This document shows positions 16,991-24,615 of a stretch of 64,000 nucleotides of DNA, one piece after another (position 1 is the first letter of the stretch; each line of letters begins with the position of its first letter). Both the position numbers and the translations under genes were made by a program. A model generated the notes under the pieces. The model was not told where the DNA came from. It did no database searches and saw only the letters and a program-made list of their open reading frames with translations. The stretch comes from Balneolaceae bacterium (GTDB lineage Bacteria; Bacteroidota; Rhodothermia; Balneolales; Balneolaceae). The stretch covers positions 1,993 to 65,992 of the forward strand of contig JBBDRW010000187.1 of the NCBI GenBank assembly GCA_040905265.1. The letters run 5' to 3'.

Positions 16991-17015
16991 CTTTTATAAA
17001 ACAGCTACGTAGCTG
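16991..17015 (-). terminator. probable intrinsic terminator of the metallopeptidase gene
   Basis: The palindrome CAGCTACGTAGCTG (17002-17015) is followed on the minus strand by TTTTATAAAAG. Confidence 0.5.
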
Positions 17016-17021
17016 GTTATA

Positions 17022-17516
17022 CTACACTTTTACCTTGCTCTCCTGTCTGGGATCCATGTCATAGAGAGAAGAGACAGTGGCCTGAATCGTCTTGTACCAC
17101 TCATTGCCGTACTTGTCGTTAATCTGGTAATAGTCGGCAAAATCCGGCCTTCTGACATTCATCTTCCACTCCTGATTCTTCGCCTTGAATACAGGGTCGA
17201 TGTGAAGGAGTTCGTGATAAACCAGCATCTCTTTTGTGTCATTGTCCAGCATGTCCCACAGCTCGCCGGAGACCTCGATCAGGTAGTCGTTTCCGGAGTA
17301 GTACTTCACCTCACGGGTCGCCTTCATACACTTGGCGGCGCGTTGCTTGGAGATATTGGGATAGACGAGAAAATAGCCGAGTTGTGCCGGCCCGAAGTCG
17401 ATGGCGTGCTTCTCGATAACCTGTTTCGCGATGGCTTCCACTTCGGGAGACTCCATCAACTGTTTTTCAGTAAGCCTGATGTCACCTTTTGGATCTAAAA
17501 AGTCGTTGTCTTGCAT
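17022..17516 (-). CDS. putative phage-type zinc metallopeptidase (HExxH)
   Basis: YHELLHI zincin motif, then RRPDFADYYQINDKYGNEW. Layout and length (164 aa) match my recollection of the 'putative phage metallopeptidase' family (...HELxH...HD.E.F....YG.W). Confidence 0.65.
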   Translation of the reverse strand: MQDNDFLDPKGDIRLTEKQLMESPEVEAIAKQVIEKHAIDFGPAQLGYFLVYPNISKQRAAKCMKATREVKYYSGNDYLIEVSGELWDMLDNDTKEMLVYHELLHIDPVFKAKNQEWKMNVRRPDFADYYQINDKYGNEWYKTIQATVSSLYDMDPRQESKVKV

Positions 17517-17659
17517 AGTTCATTATCGGTTGAGTCCTCGGTTTCGATGATTGACAGGGCGGCCCGGTTTTTATCCTGCATAAGCCGGACAGGCTCCGGT
17601 ATGCGCTGTCTTTCCGTGCAGCCTTTTCAATTAGCTTGGAAGGGTCCTGGTATCAGTCG

Positions 17660-18223
17660 TCAGCCAGGCCGTTTGCTGGTGATATTGTGGCCGTGCACAG
17701 AGAGCCCTCCGAGAAATCGTCGGAAGAGGGATCCGGAGTGGTCAAACCGGACGATTGCCTGGGAGTGGCGTTCTAGCGTTTTGTCGACATTGTCTTCATC
17801 CACAATATCGATGATGACGATCTTCTGCAGTTTCAGAATTTTTTTGATCAGATAACGCTCCTGAGGAGTTGCGTAACGAGTACTGGAGTACGTGTACCCG
17901 GTGTAGGTTCCACAGAGGCGGTCTCCGTTTTTGAAATAGAGGATCCGCTCATCATCTCCAAGTGAGTCAAAGAGTTCATCAATCTTTTTGTAGGTCTCCT
18001 CTTCATGCAGCGTGACTACATCATGCATATCGATCTCAGTGACACTTTCGCCCCGTGCGGCTGCGATCGATTCGAGATAGGATCTCTTCCCATTCACCCA
18101 GGGCCCTGTGAGCAGGAGCAGGTAGTAGGAGGACGTGAGATTTACATTCTTGATCTTGTCGACCAAATCCCTGGCAGCCGGTTCATTTTGTTGGATCCTG
18201 TCACGAGTGGTAGTTGATGGCAT
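17660..18223 (-). CDS. degenerate AAA+ ATPase-like protein (predicted catalytically inactive)
   Basis: Colinear with an AAA+ core, but Walker A is GPWVNGKRS, Walker B is ILYFKNGD (no DE), and the Arg-finger region is ERH. Start set at ATG 18223 (MPSTTT); the track ORF begins at a TTG at 18256. Confidence 0.55.
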   Translation of the reverse strand: MPSTTTRDRIQQNEPAARDLVDKIKNVNLTSSYYLLLLTGPWVNGKRSYLESIAAARGESVTEIDMHDVVTLHEEETYKKIDELFDSLGDDERILYFKNGDRLCGTYTGYTYSSTRYATPQERYLIKKILKLQKIVIIDIVDEDNVDKTLERHSQAIVRFDHSGSLFRRFLGGLSVHGHNITSKRPG

Positions 18224-18483
18224 AGGTTGTTCTCTTTCAAGTTGACGATCTCTCAAAATTAAACCTGTCGGGGCTATATCACAAATGTTTTGTCAGCCAT
18301 ATTCAAAGCATTTTGATTTTGAAATTACCTGCTCAAGTGTGGTTGTCGGTATGTCAGCTCTGATTGGCGGGAATTCTCTGTTCTCATTTCAGGAGGCGCA
18401 GGAGAGTGAAACTTTCCAATAGCTGTTTTCTTAGAGAGGAACTGTTCTTATATTTACAGCCCTAATACTCTTTTTTATACGAT

Positions 18484-18567
18484 GCCCGGGTGGCGGAATT
18501 GGTAGACGCGCCGGATTCAAAATCCGGTGGTAGCAATATCGTGGGGGTTCGAGTCCCCCCCCGGGTA
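18484..18567 (+). tRNA. tRNA-Leu (anticodon CAA), class II with long variable arm
   Basis: Acceptor GCCCGGG/CCCGGGU (G1-U72), anticodon stem CCGGA/UCCGG with loop UUCAAAA, T arm GGGGG-UUCGAGU-CCCCC. CCA is not encoded. Confidence 0.95.
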
Positions 18568-18570
18568 CGA

Positions 18571-18659
18571 GTGTCCTGTAAACCATGCGATGTGGGGAAA
18601 GTCGCGGCTTGGCTCCGCAAGTGTATGATTGACAGGACACGGGATGCGATATGACACTA
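18571..18659 (-). repeat. 3' UTR stem-loop repeat, copy C (expanded)
   Basis: In gene sense it reads TAG-TGTCATATCGCATCCC-GTGTCCTGT-[28-nt insert]-GACTTTCCCCACATCGCATGGTTT-ACAGGACAC. The 9-bp stem covaries with copy B. It lies between the protease stop codon and the tRNA-Leu 3' end. Confidence 0.8.
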
Positions 18660-21119
18660 ACGCACAAGAAGTAACTTCTCTGTCCGAACCCCTTTTTCCG
18701 TAATAAGCCTGCAGAAGTAAACGCCGGATGCAAGTTCGGAAGCGAGAAAGGGGATTTCAAAATACCCGGTTTCAAACGTTTGGTCTGCAACGGTTTGAAC
18801 CCGCCTGCCCTGGATATTAACGATCTCAATGCGCGCTCTGCCCGGTTCTGGAATCGTCACCGGAATGGTGGTTTGGGTAGAAAACGGGTTGGGAAAATTG
18901 TGGCCGAGCGTCAGAACTCCATCCGAATTGAGAAACTCTATCCTGACAGGATCGCCAACTTCGAGGCCGGCAGCAAAGGCTCTGTAGGTGACGGTCTCCT
19001 CATTCTCCCCGGATACAATGAACCGGGCAACTCCTTCTGTATCTGTTGTAAGAGCATTGTCACGGATCGTAGAGATGTCCGGGGCTGCCTGAAGTTCTAC
19101 CGGAATTCCGGACACCGGGACACCTTTCTGATTCAGAACGTTCACCTGGATTGTGCTGGTCTGTACCCCTGTTGCAAGGACTTTTTCTCGCGACAGATCC
19201 ACTGTTGAGTGATTCCTGTCGATATCGACCGTCATAACCACAATCGTGCCGGACGGTTCACTGCTGTTTTCACCGCTTGAAGAGCGGATTCTATAGAAGT
19301 AGCCTGTGCCGGGAGATAGGTTTCGCACAAGGTAAGAGGTGTTTCCGCCTACCGGATGCTGTTCAATTCCGGCATGATAGCTTGAAAAATCGGGGTCTGT
19401 TGAAAGATCGAGCAGGTAGTCGTCAGCCGCAGGAGAAGGTTGCCAGTTGGCCAGAAATGATACGGCACTTACGTCCGTAGCTGCTTCAGTCACCGGAATT
19501 TGAAGCTCCAGAGTGGTGAAACTTCGATTCGATCCGAACGTCGTATAATCCTGATTGGTCGCATACGCTCTTGTGTAGTAGGTGGTACCCTGGAGAAGGC
19601 CGTGAATGGAGTAAGTGAACTCGGAGGATTCGCTGCCGGCAGTAAAACAGTCGTTAGTGAATCCGGGGTCCGGTTCGGTTCCCCAACAGATCCCCAGTTC
19701 CGTTAACCAGCTCCCCCCGTTATCGGTTACCCGCGCTCCGGTTTGTGCAAATGAGGCACCGATACCACTCACGGGAAGCGTCTCAACGACTGGCGGAGAG
19801 TCCGACAGACGTGATGGCCTGTAATTTGCAACAATATGCCGGATACCATCCATACTCCTCACGTTGTCGGCAGGCGCATGGGTACCGCTATAGGATCCGG
19901 TTGGCGTTCCCTGATATTCCACATTTGGATTTGAGAAGTGCGGTGCCCTGAGATCTCCCTCCGTATAGGTCATTACAGAAGCGTATTTCAGGCCGTTTTG
20001 GCCTATCCAGCGCCATCCGGTTGAGTACTCATGCAGCCCTCCTTCAGGCCCGGCGGCACCGGCAGCCTGGTCTCTGCTGTGATGATTACCGAGGTTATGA
20101 CCCATCTCATGGACATGTGTGAAACTGGCTGCCTGTTGGACTCTGGAGATCGAGAAACCATAGTGTGGAAGTCCGTCGACAGAATTCAGGAGCCATCCCA
20201 GCCCACCGACATCGTTAGCCAGCGTGAACATGGAAACAAGGTCTGCACCATATTCGTCCCGCATATCGTGTACCTCGTCAATATACCCTTCATCCTCAGG
20301 CCAGGGTTGAAACGAGGGGGAACTGGTGAGCCGCTGAAGATCCCGGAAGGATCCATCTGAACTTTCATATTCGGTATAATCGACTCTGGCGGCGTGGACC
20401 AGCCTGAACTGGAGATTCAAGCCAGAATTGTCGATGGCAGCCTGAGCGTTACTCATCGACTCCATAATGACCTGATCGATCCCGCCCACGTTTTGGCTGG
20501 CCCAGTTCTCGGCAGCAGGAGTATAGATGATCATGACATCAATGCGTGAGGCCTCCTGTGGAAGATGAGGTTCTTTTGGTGTATACTCCAGTTCCGGCAG
20601 CTCCTGTTGTTCCGGCAGCGGGATATCATGTGTGCCGCAGGAGAGTTCATCGTCCTGATGGGGGTCCACTTCGGTGAGTAAATGGCTGCCGCGTGCAGGA
20701 TCGAATTGCAGCTTGTAGAAATGGTGTCCATTATAGTCCCGGATGCCGGAGAGTACAATCCCGTCGGCAATGGAGAGAGTGACTGTATTGAGGTGTGAAC
20801 CGTCAATAGCTCCGATAAAGGACCATCCTCCTGTTGGATACTCAATCACTCTCTGAATATCAACCTGATAGCGATTCTCTTCAAAAGTCTCCAGTTGAAA
20901 CCGGTTGATGGAGCGATTCCGAATCTGTTCCAGTACCGTTCGGTTTAGTTGTACAGAGAGGGCTCTCTGTTCTCCGCTCTTTTTGGAAGCCCAGGTGGTT
21001 TCAGGCGGGCCGGCTATCTCAAACAGAGCCGGATTATCTGTCTGGGCGGAAAGGGTTGCCATAGTAAGAAGCAGGAGCGCGCATGAAATAGCAAGCCCCC
21101 TGCACAACACTGATCGCAT
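18657..21119 (-). CDS. secreted reprolysin-like (M12B-type) zinc metalloprotease with FN3/Big domains and a T9SS C-terminal sorting domain
   Basis: Signal peptide, HEMGHNLGNHH zinc motif, FN3-like repeats, and a C-terminal ...NFPNPFSTQTTI...YFCRL...LLLVR typical of a T9SS type A CTD. Confidence 0.85.
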   Translation of the reverse strand: MRSVLCRGLAISCALLLLTMATLSAQTDNPALFEIAGPPETTWASKKSGEQRALSVQLNRTVLEQIRNRSINRFQLETFEENRYQVDIQRVIEYPTGGWSFIGAIDGSHLNTVTLSIADGIVLSGIRDYNGHHFYKLQFDPARGSHLLTEVDPHQDDELSCGTHDIPLPEQQELPELEYTPKEPHLPQEASRIDVMIIYTPAAENWASQNVGGIDQVIMESMSNAQAAIDNSGLNLQFRLVHAARVDYTEYESSDGSFRDLQRLTSSPSFQPWPEDEGYIDEVHDMRDEYGADLVSMFTLANDVGGLGWLLNSVDGLPHYGFSISRVQQAASFTHVHEMGHNLGNHHSRDQAAGAAGPEGGLHEYSTGWRWIGQNGLKYASVMTYTEGDLRAPHFSNPNVEYQGTPTGSYSGTHAPADNVRSMDGIRHIVANYRPSRLSDSPPVVETLPVSGIGASFAQTGARVTDNGGSWLTELGICWGTEPDPGFTNDCFTAGSESSEFTYSIHGLLQGTTYYTRAYATNQDYTTFGSNRSFTTLELQIPVTEAATDVSAVSFLANWQPSPAADDYLLDLSTDPDFSSYHAGIEQHPVGGNTSYLVRNLSPGTGYFYRIRSSSGENSSEPSGTIVVMTVDIDRNHSTVDLSREKVLATGVQTSTIQVNVLNQKGVPVSGIPVELQAAPDISTIRDNALTTDTEGVARFIVSGENEETVTYRAFAAGLEVGDPVRIEFLNSDGVLTLGHNFPNPFSTQTTIPVTIPEPGRARIEIVNIQGRRVQTVADQTFETGYFEIPFLASELASGVYFCRLITEKGVRTEKLLLVR

Positions 21120-21276
21120 GAAAGGCGGGATTAAAAGCTCGTTTTTCTTTTATGATCCTGAAACTGGTGGAATATAGCAAATAAGACTGCTGAATTATGA
21201 TATCTGGCAACTGTCAGCTTTTCGGAATGTTGTAGTGCGAGAACTTTCTCTTGCTTTTATTCTTCAATAAGAATAA

Positions 21277-21444
21277 CTATGAGTCTGTCGGACTTAGATG
21301 ATTGTCACGAGGGGATGTCAGGTTTGAGGCAGATAGCGTGCTCTTTTGAGGCGCATAGTGGTTCTATGGAACGAAAAAGAGCACGCTATCTGACCAAATC
21401 CTGCATTTCCGCAGTAGATCAGACTAAGTCCGACAGACTCATAG
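21277..21444. repeat. 168-bp near-perfect palindromic element (MITE-like or long structured RNA)
   Basis: Outer 21-bp inverted repeat CTATGAGTCTGTCGGACTTAG (21277-21297 / 21424-21444). Inner 18-bp inverted repeat CAGATAGCGTGCTCTTTT (21330-21347 / 21375-21392). Apical CATAG-TGGTT-CTATG. The segments in between are about 70 percent complementary. Confidence 0.85.
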
Positions 21445-21487
21445 GGGGTTACCAACACCCTTGATATATGGGGAAACAGACTGAATC

Positions 21488-24400
21488 ATGAATATGCTAC
21501 ACATGCACCGAAACAATTGTTTTAGCCTCCCTGCACTTCTTTCGACTCTTCTTTTGTCACTACTCCTGGTGACGCTCACCTCCTGCCAATCGGACGATTC
21601 TCCAACGTTTGAGGAACTGACGGACGAGGAACGCCGCAGCCCGGAACATGCACTGGCCGGAATCGAACTGCGGGACGGTCTGGAGGCGACTCTTTTTGCC
21701 TCCGAAGGCCGGGTCGTAAACCCTACCAACATGGATATCGATGACAGGGGAAGGGTCTGGATAACAGAGGGAGTGAATTACCGTCCCGATCTGAATCCCG
21801 GCAATCCGGTGAATGAGGAGGGAGACCGGATCGTGATTCTGGAGGATACCGACGGAGATGGGACTGCAGACAGCGAAAAGGTATTTTACCAGGGAAGAGA
21901 GGTTGACTCCGCCCTCGGAATCATGGTGCTGGGGAACCGTGTGTTTATCTCCAGAAGCCCCTATGTCTATATCTTTTCTGATACGACCGGGAACGATGAG
22001 GCGGATACCATGGAGGTTCTCTTCTCCGGAATTGGCGGAGAACAGCATGACCACGGGGTTCATGCCTTCGTATTCGGGCCGGACGGGAGGCTCTACTTCA
22101 ATTCCGGGGATGCCGGCACCCAGATTCACGATGCCGATGGCAACATTATCGTTGATATGGCCGGGAACGAAGTCCGGACAGACGGGCAGCCATACCGTAA
22201 AGGGATGGTCTTCCGTACCAATCCGGATGGCAGTGAATTCGAAGTTCTGGGCCACAATTTCCGGAATAATTACGAGGTTGCCATAGACTCATATGGGACG
22301 CTCTGGCAGTCAGACAACGATGATGACGGGAACCGGTCCGTACGGATCAATTTTGTGATGGAATACGGGAATTACGGCTATACCGATGAGGTGACGGGCG
22401 CCGGCTGGAGAAGCCCGCGTATCCATATGGAGGAGGAGATTCATCGTCGCCACTGGTATCAGAATGACCCCGGAGTCGTGCCGAACCTGCTTGATACGGG
22501 GGCGGGTTCGCCAACCGGTATTCTCATCTATGAAGGAAACCTGCTTCCGGAGATTTTTCACAACCAGATGATACACAGTGATGCCGGCCCCAATGTGGTT
22601 CGGGCCTATCCGGTTGAACCGGAAGGCGCCGGTTACCGGGCATCTGTGGAAGAGATGATGAAGGGTGTCGATAACCAGTGGTTTCGGCCATCGGATGTCA
22701 CGGTTGCGCCTGACGGGTCAGTTTTTGTAGCTGACTGGTATGATCCGGGGGTAGGCGGACACCAGGTACGGGCGCTGGAAGATGGCCGGATCTACCGGAT
22801 CGCACCTGAAAATACCCCATACCGTGTTCCGGCGGTCGACTATTCTACGCCGGAGAGCAGTGTAGAGGCATTGAAAAGCCCGAATCATGCAACACGGGCG
22901 AAAGCGTGGCTCCGGCTCAACGAGTGGGGAGAGGAGGCGGAAGAGGCCCTCCTCGCACTCTGGAATTCCGGTGAGCCGGATCGGCTGAGGGCGCGTGCGC
23001 TCTGGCTCCTCTCCGGGCTGGAGGGTTCCGGTGCGGAGTATCTAAGCCAGGCGCTTTCCGATCCGAACCCGGATCTTCGGATTACCGGGTTACGTGCTGC
23101 ACGGCTGCTCGATCTGGATCTGATCCCGATTCTGGAAGAACTCGTGGATGACCCCTCCCCACAAGTTCGCAGGGAGGCAGCCATTGCGCTCCGGCACCAT
23201 GACTCTTCTCGTGCAGCTGGCCTCTGGGCGGAGCTCGCACAGCAGTACGATGGGGAGGACCGCTGGTATCTGGAAGCATTGGGTATTGGTGCAGACAGGC
23301 AGTGGGACCGATATTTTGAACAGTGGCTGGCACTACGGGACGGAGAATGGAACGATTCGGCGGGCCGGGATATTGTCTGGAGGGCGAGGGCGGATGCGGC
23401 TGTTCCAATGCTTGCCACGATCATCAAAGACAGTTCCATTCCGGATGAGGAGAAGCCCCGATACTTTCGCGCTTTTGACTTTCATAGCCCCGAACGTATA
23501 GAGTCAACGATTTTTAGCCTGCTTGAAGAGGAGGGCCAGGGGAATCAGCAGATTCATTACTACGCACTGCAGCTTCTGGATATCAGCCATATAGATGCAA
23601 ATCCGGAATTGGCCCGGGTACTTGATAACGTGCTTGCCCACTACTCCGGAACCCATGAGTTTTTACGTCTTGTATCTCATTTCGAGCTGGAGGACCGGAA
23701 TGAAGAGCTGGTGGAGCTGGTGCTGTCCGATCCGGAAAGTGAACTCAATATTCAGGCTGCCAGGTACATGCTGCAAAACAACGGTGCCGGCCGGCTTGAA
23801 GAGTTGATTCGAAGCGGGGAGGAGGATGCTTCCGTACGGGTACTACAGATAATCGGCAGTGTCGGCTCAAATAGTGGACTCGCTCTGCTGCAATCGGTTG
23901 TGACGGATAGTAGCTATCCATTCGAGATCCGGCGCCAGTCAGTAGAGGCGTTCGGAACCGATAGCTGGAGCGCCGAGAATCGTCTGCTTGAGATGGCCAG
24001 GGAGGGGCAAATTCCGCCTGAGCTGGAAGCGGCGGCGGCCAATGTACTGATGGGGAGTTTCCGTGCAAGTGTCCGGGAAGAGGCGGCCGGTTATCTGCAG
24101 GTAGAAGCAGAGCCGGAATCTGCCAGTGGCATTCGCCCGGTTACCGAACTTGTCGAACTCCGGGGAGATTCAGAAAGGGGACGAGTAGTCTATGAGCAGC
24201 TCTGTCAAATGTGTCATGTTGTCGGGGAGTCAGGTATCCAGTTCGGGCCGGAGTTGACCGAGATCGGAGACAAACTACCCCGGGAAGGGCTTTACAATGC
24301 GATTCTTGAACCCAATTCCGGTATCAATTTCGGTTATGAGGGGTATATTCTAACGCTCTCGGATGAGACCAGGGTAACCGGTATGATCGACAGTGAGACC

Positions 24401-24571
24401 GATTCGGAACTGATTTTCCGCCTGCCAGGTGGGTTTACCCAAACGTACCCGGTTTCAGACATAGAATCCAGGGAGCAACTGCAACACTCTCTGATGCCGG
24501 CTCTTCAGGGGAGTATGACGGAGGAGCAGCTGGTCGACCTGGTTGAGTACCTGGCCACGCTCACTCCATAA
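21488..24571 (+). CDS. PVC-type heme-binding CxxCH lipoprotein (membrane-bound-dehydrogenase-like beta-propeller + HEAT repeats + cytochrome c domain)
   Basis: Lipobox LTSC, N-terminal propeller-like region (DGTADS..., FRNNYE), HEAT-like repeats (DPNPDLRITGLRAA, DPSPQVRREAAIAL), and a C-terminal CQMCH heme motif. Confidence 0.85.
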   Translation: MNMLHMHRNNCFSLPALLSTLLLSLLLVTLTSCQSDDSPTFEELTDEERRSPEHALAGIELRDGLEATLFASEGRVVNPTNMDIDDRGRVWITEGVNYRPDLNPGNPVNEEGDRIVILEDTDGDGTADSEKVFYQGREVDSALGIMVLGNRVFISRSPYVYIFSDTTGNDEADTMEVLFSGIGGEQHDHGVHAFVFGPDGRLYFNSGDAGTQIHDADGNIIVDMAGNEVRTDGQPYRKGMVFRTNPDGSEFEVLGHNFRNNYEVAIDSYGTLWQSDNDDDGNRSVRINFVMEYGNYGYTDEVTGAGWRSPRIHMEEEIHRRHWYQNDPGVVPNLLDTGAGSPTGILIYEGNLLPEIFHNQMIHSDAGPNVVRAYPVEPEGAGYRASVEEMMKGVDNQWFRPSDVTVAPDGSVFVADWYDPGVGGHQVRALEDGRIYRIAPENTPYRVPAVDYSTPESSVEALKSPNHATRAKAWLRLNEWGEEAEEALLALWNSGEPDRLRARALWLLSGLEGSGAEYLSQALSDPNPDLRITGLRAARLLDLDLIPILEELVDDPSPQVRREAAIALRHHDSSRAAGLWAELAQQYDGEDRWYLEALGIGADRQWDRYFEQWLALRDGEWNDSAGRDIVWRARADAAVPMLATIIKDSSIPDEEKPRYFRAFDFHSPERIESTIFSLLEEEGQGNQQIHYYALQLLDISHIDANPELARVLDNVLAHYSGTHEFLRLVSHFELEDRNEELVELVLSDPESELNIQAARYMLQNNGAGRLEELIRSGEEDASVRVLQIIGSVGSNSGLALLQSVVTDSSYPFEIRRQSVEAFGTDSWSAENRLLEMAREGQIPPELEAAAANVLMGSFRASVREEAAGYLQVEAEPESASGIRPVTELVELRGDSERGRVVYEQLCQMCHVVGESGIQFGPELTEIGDKLPREGLYNAILEPNSGINFGYEGYILTLSDETRVTGMIDSETDSELIFRLPGGFTQTYPVSDIESREQLQHSLMPALQGSMTEEQLVDLVEYLATLTP

Positions 24572-24615
24572 TACCTGGAGATTTTTCACAATCATAACCT
24601 TAAAACCAGAAACAA

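Noticed and set aside
16935-18570. The idea that the islet is a tRNA-targeted integrative element.
   Set aside because: No integrase or recombinase is present. I saw no direct repeat of the tRNA-Leu 3' end. The islet lies on the 5' side of the tRNA, whereas integrases normally target the 3' end. It is kept only as a weaker hypothesis: a segment bracketed by inverted repeat copies.
18431-18829. A 132-aa minus-strand ORF covering tRNA-Leu and the repeat. ORFs 11762-12076 and 16840-17064 also translate the repeat core, as ..SPHRMVD...
   Set aside because: They overlap a confident tRNA, or the 3' end and spacer of real genes. The shared peptide merely reflects the shared nucleotide repeat being read in one frame.
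21279-21464. A 61-aa ORF spanning the 168-bp palindromic element.
   Set aside because: The ORF is created by the palindrome itself, so its second half is the reverse complement of its first half. It has no ribosome-binding context and no recognisable protein features.
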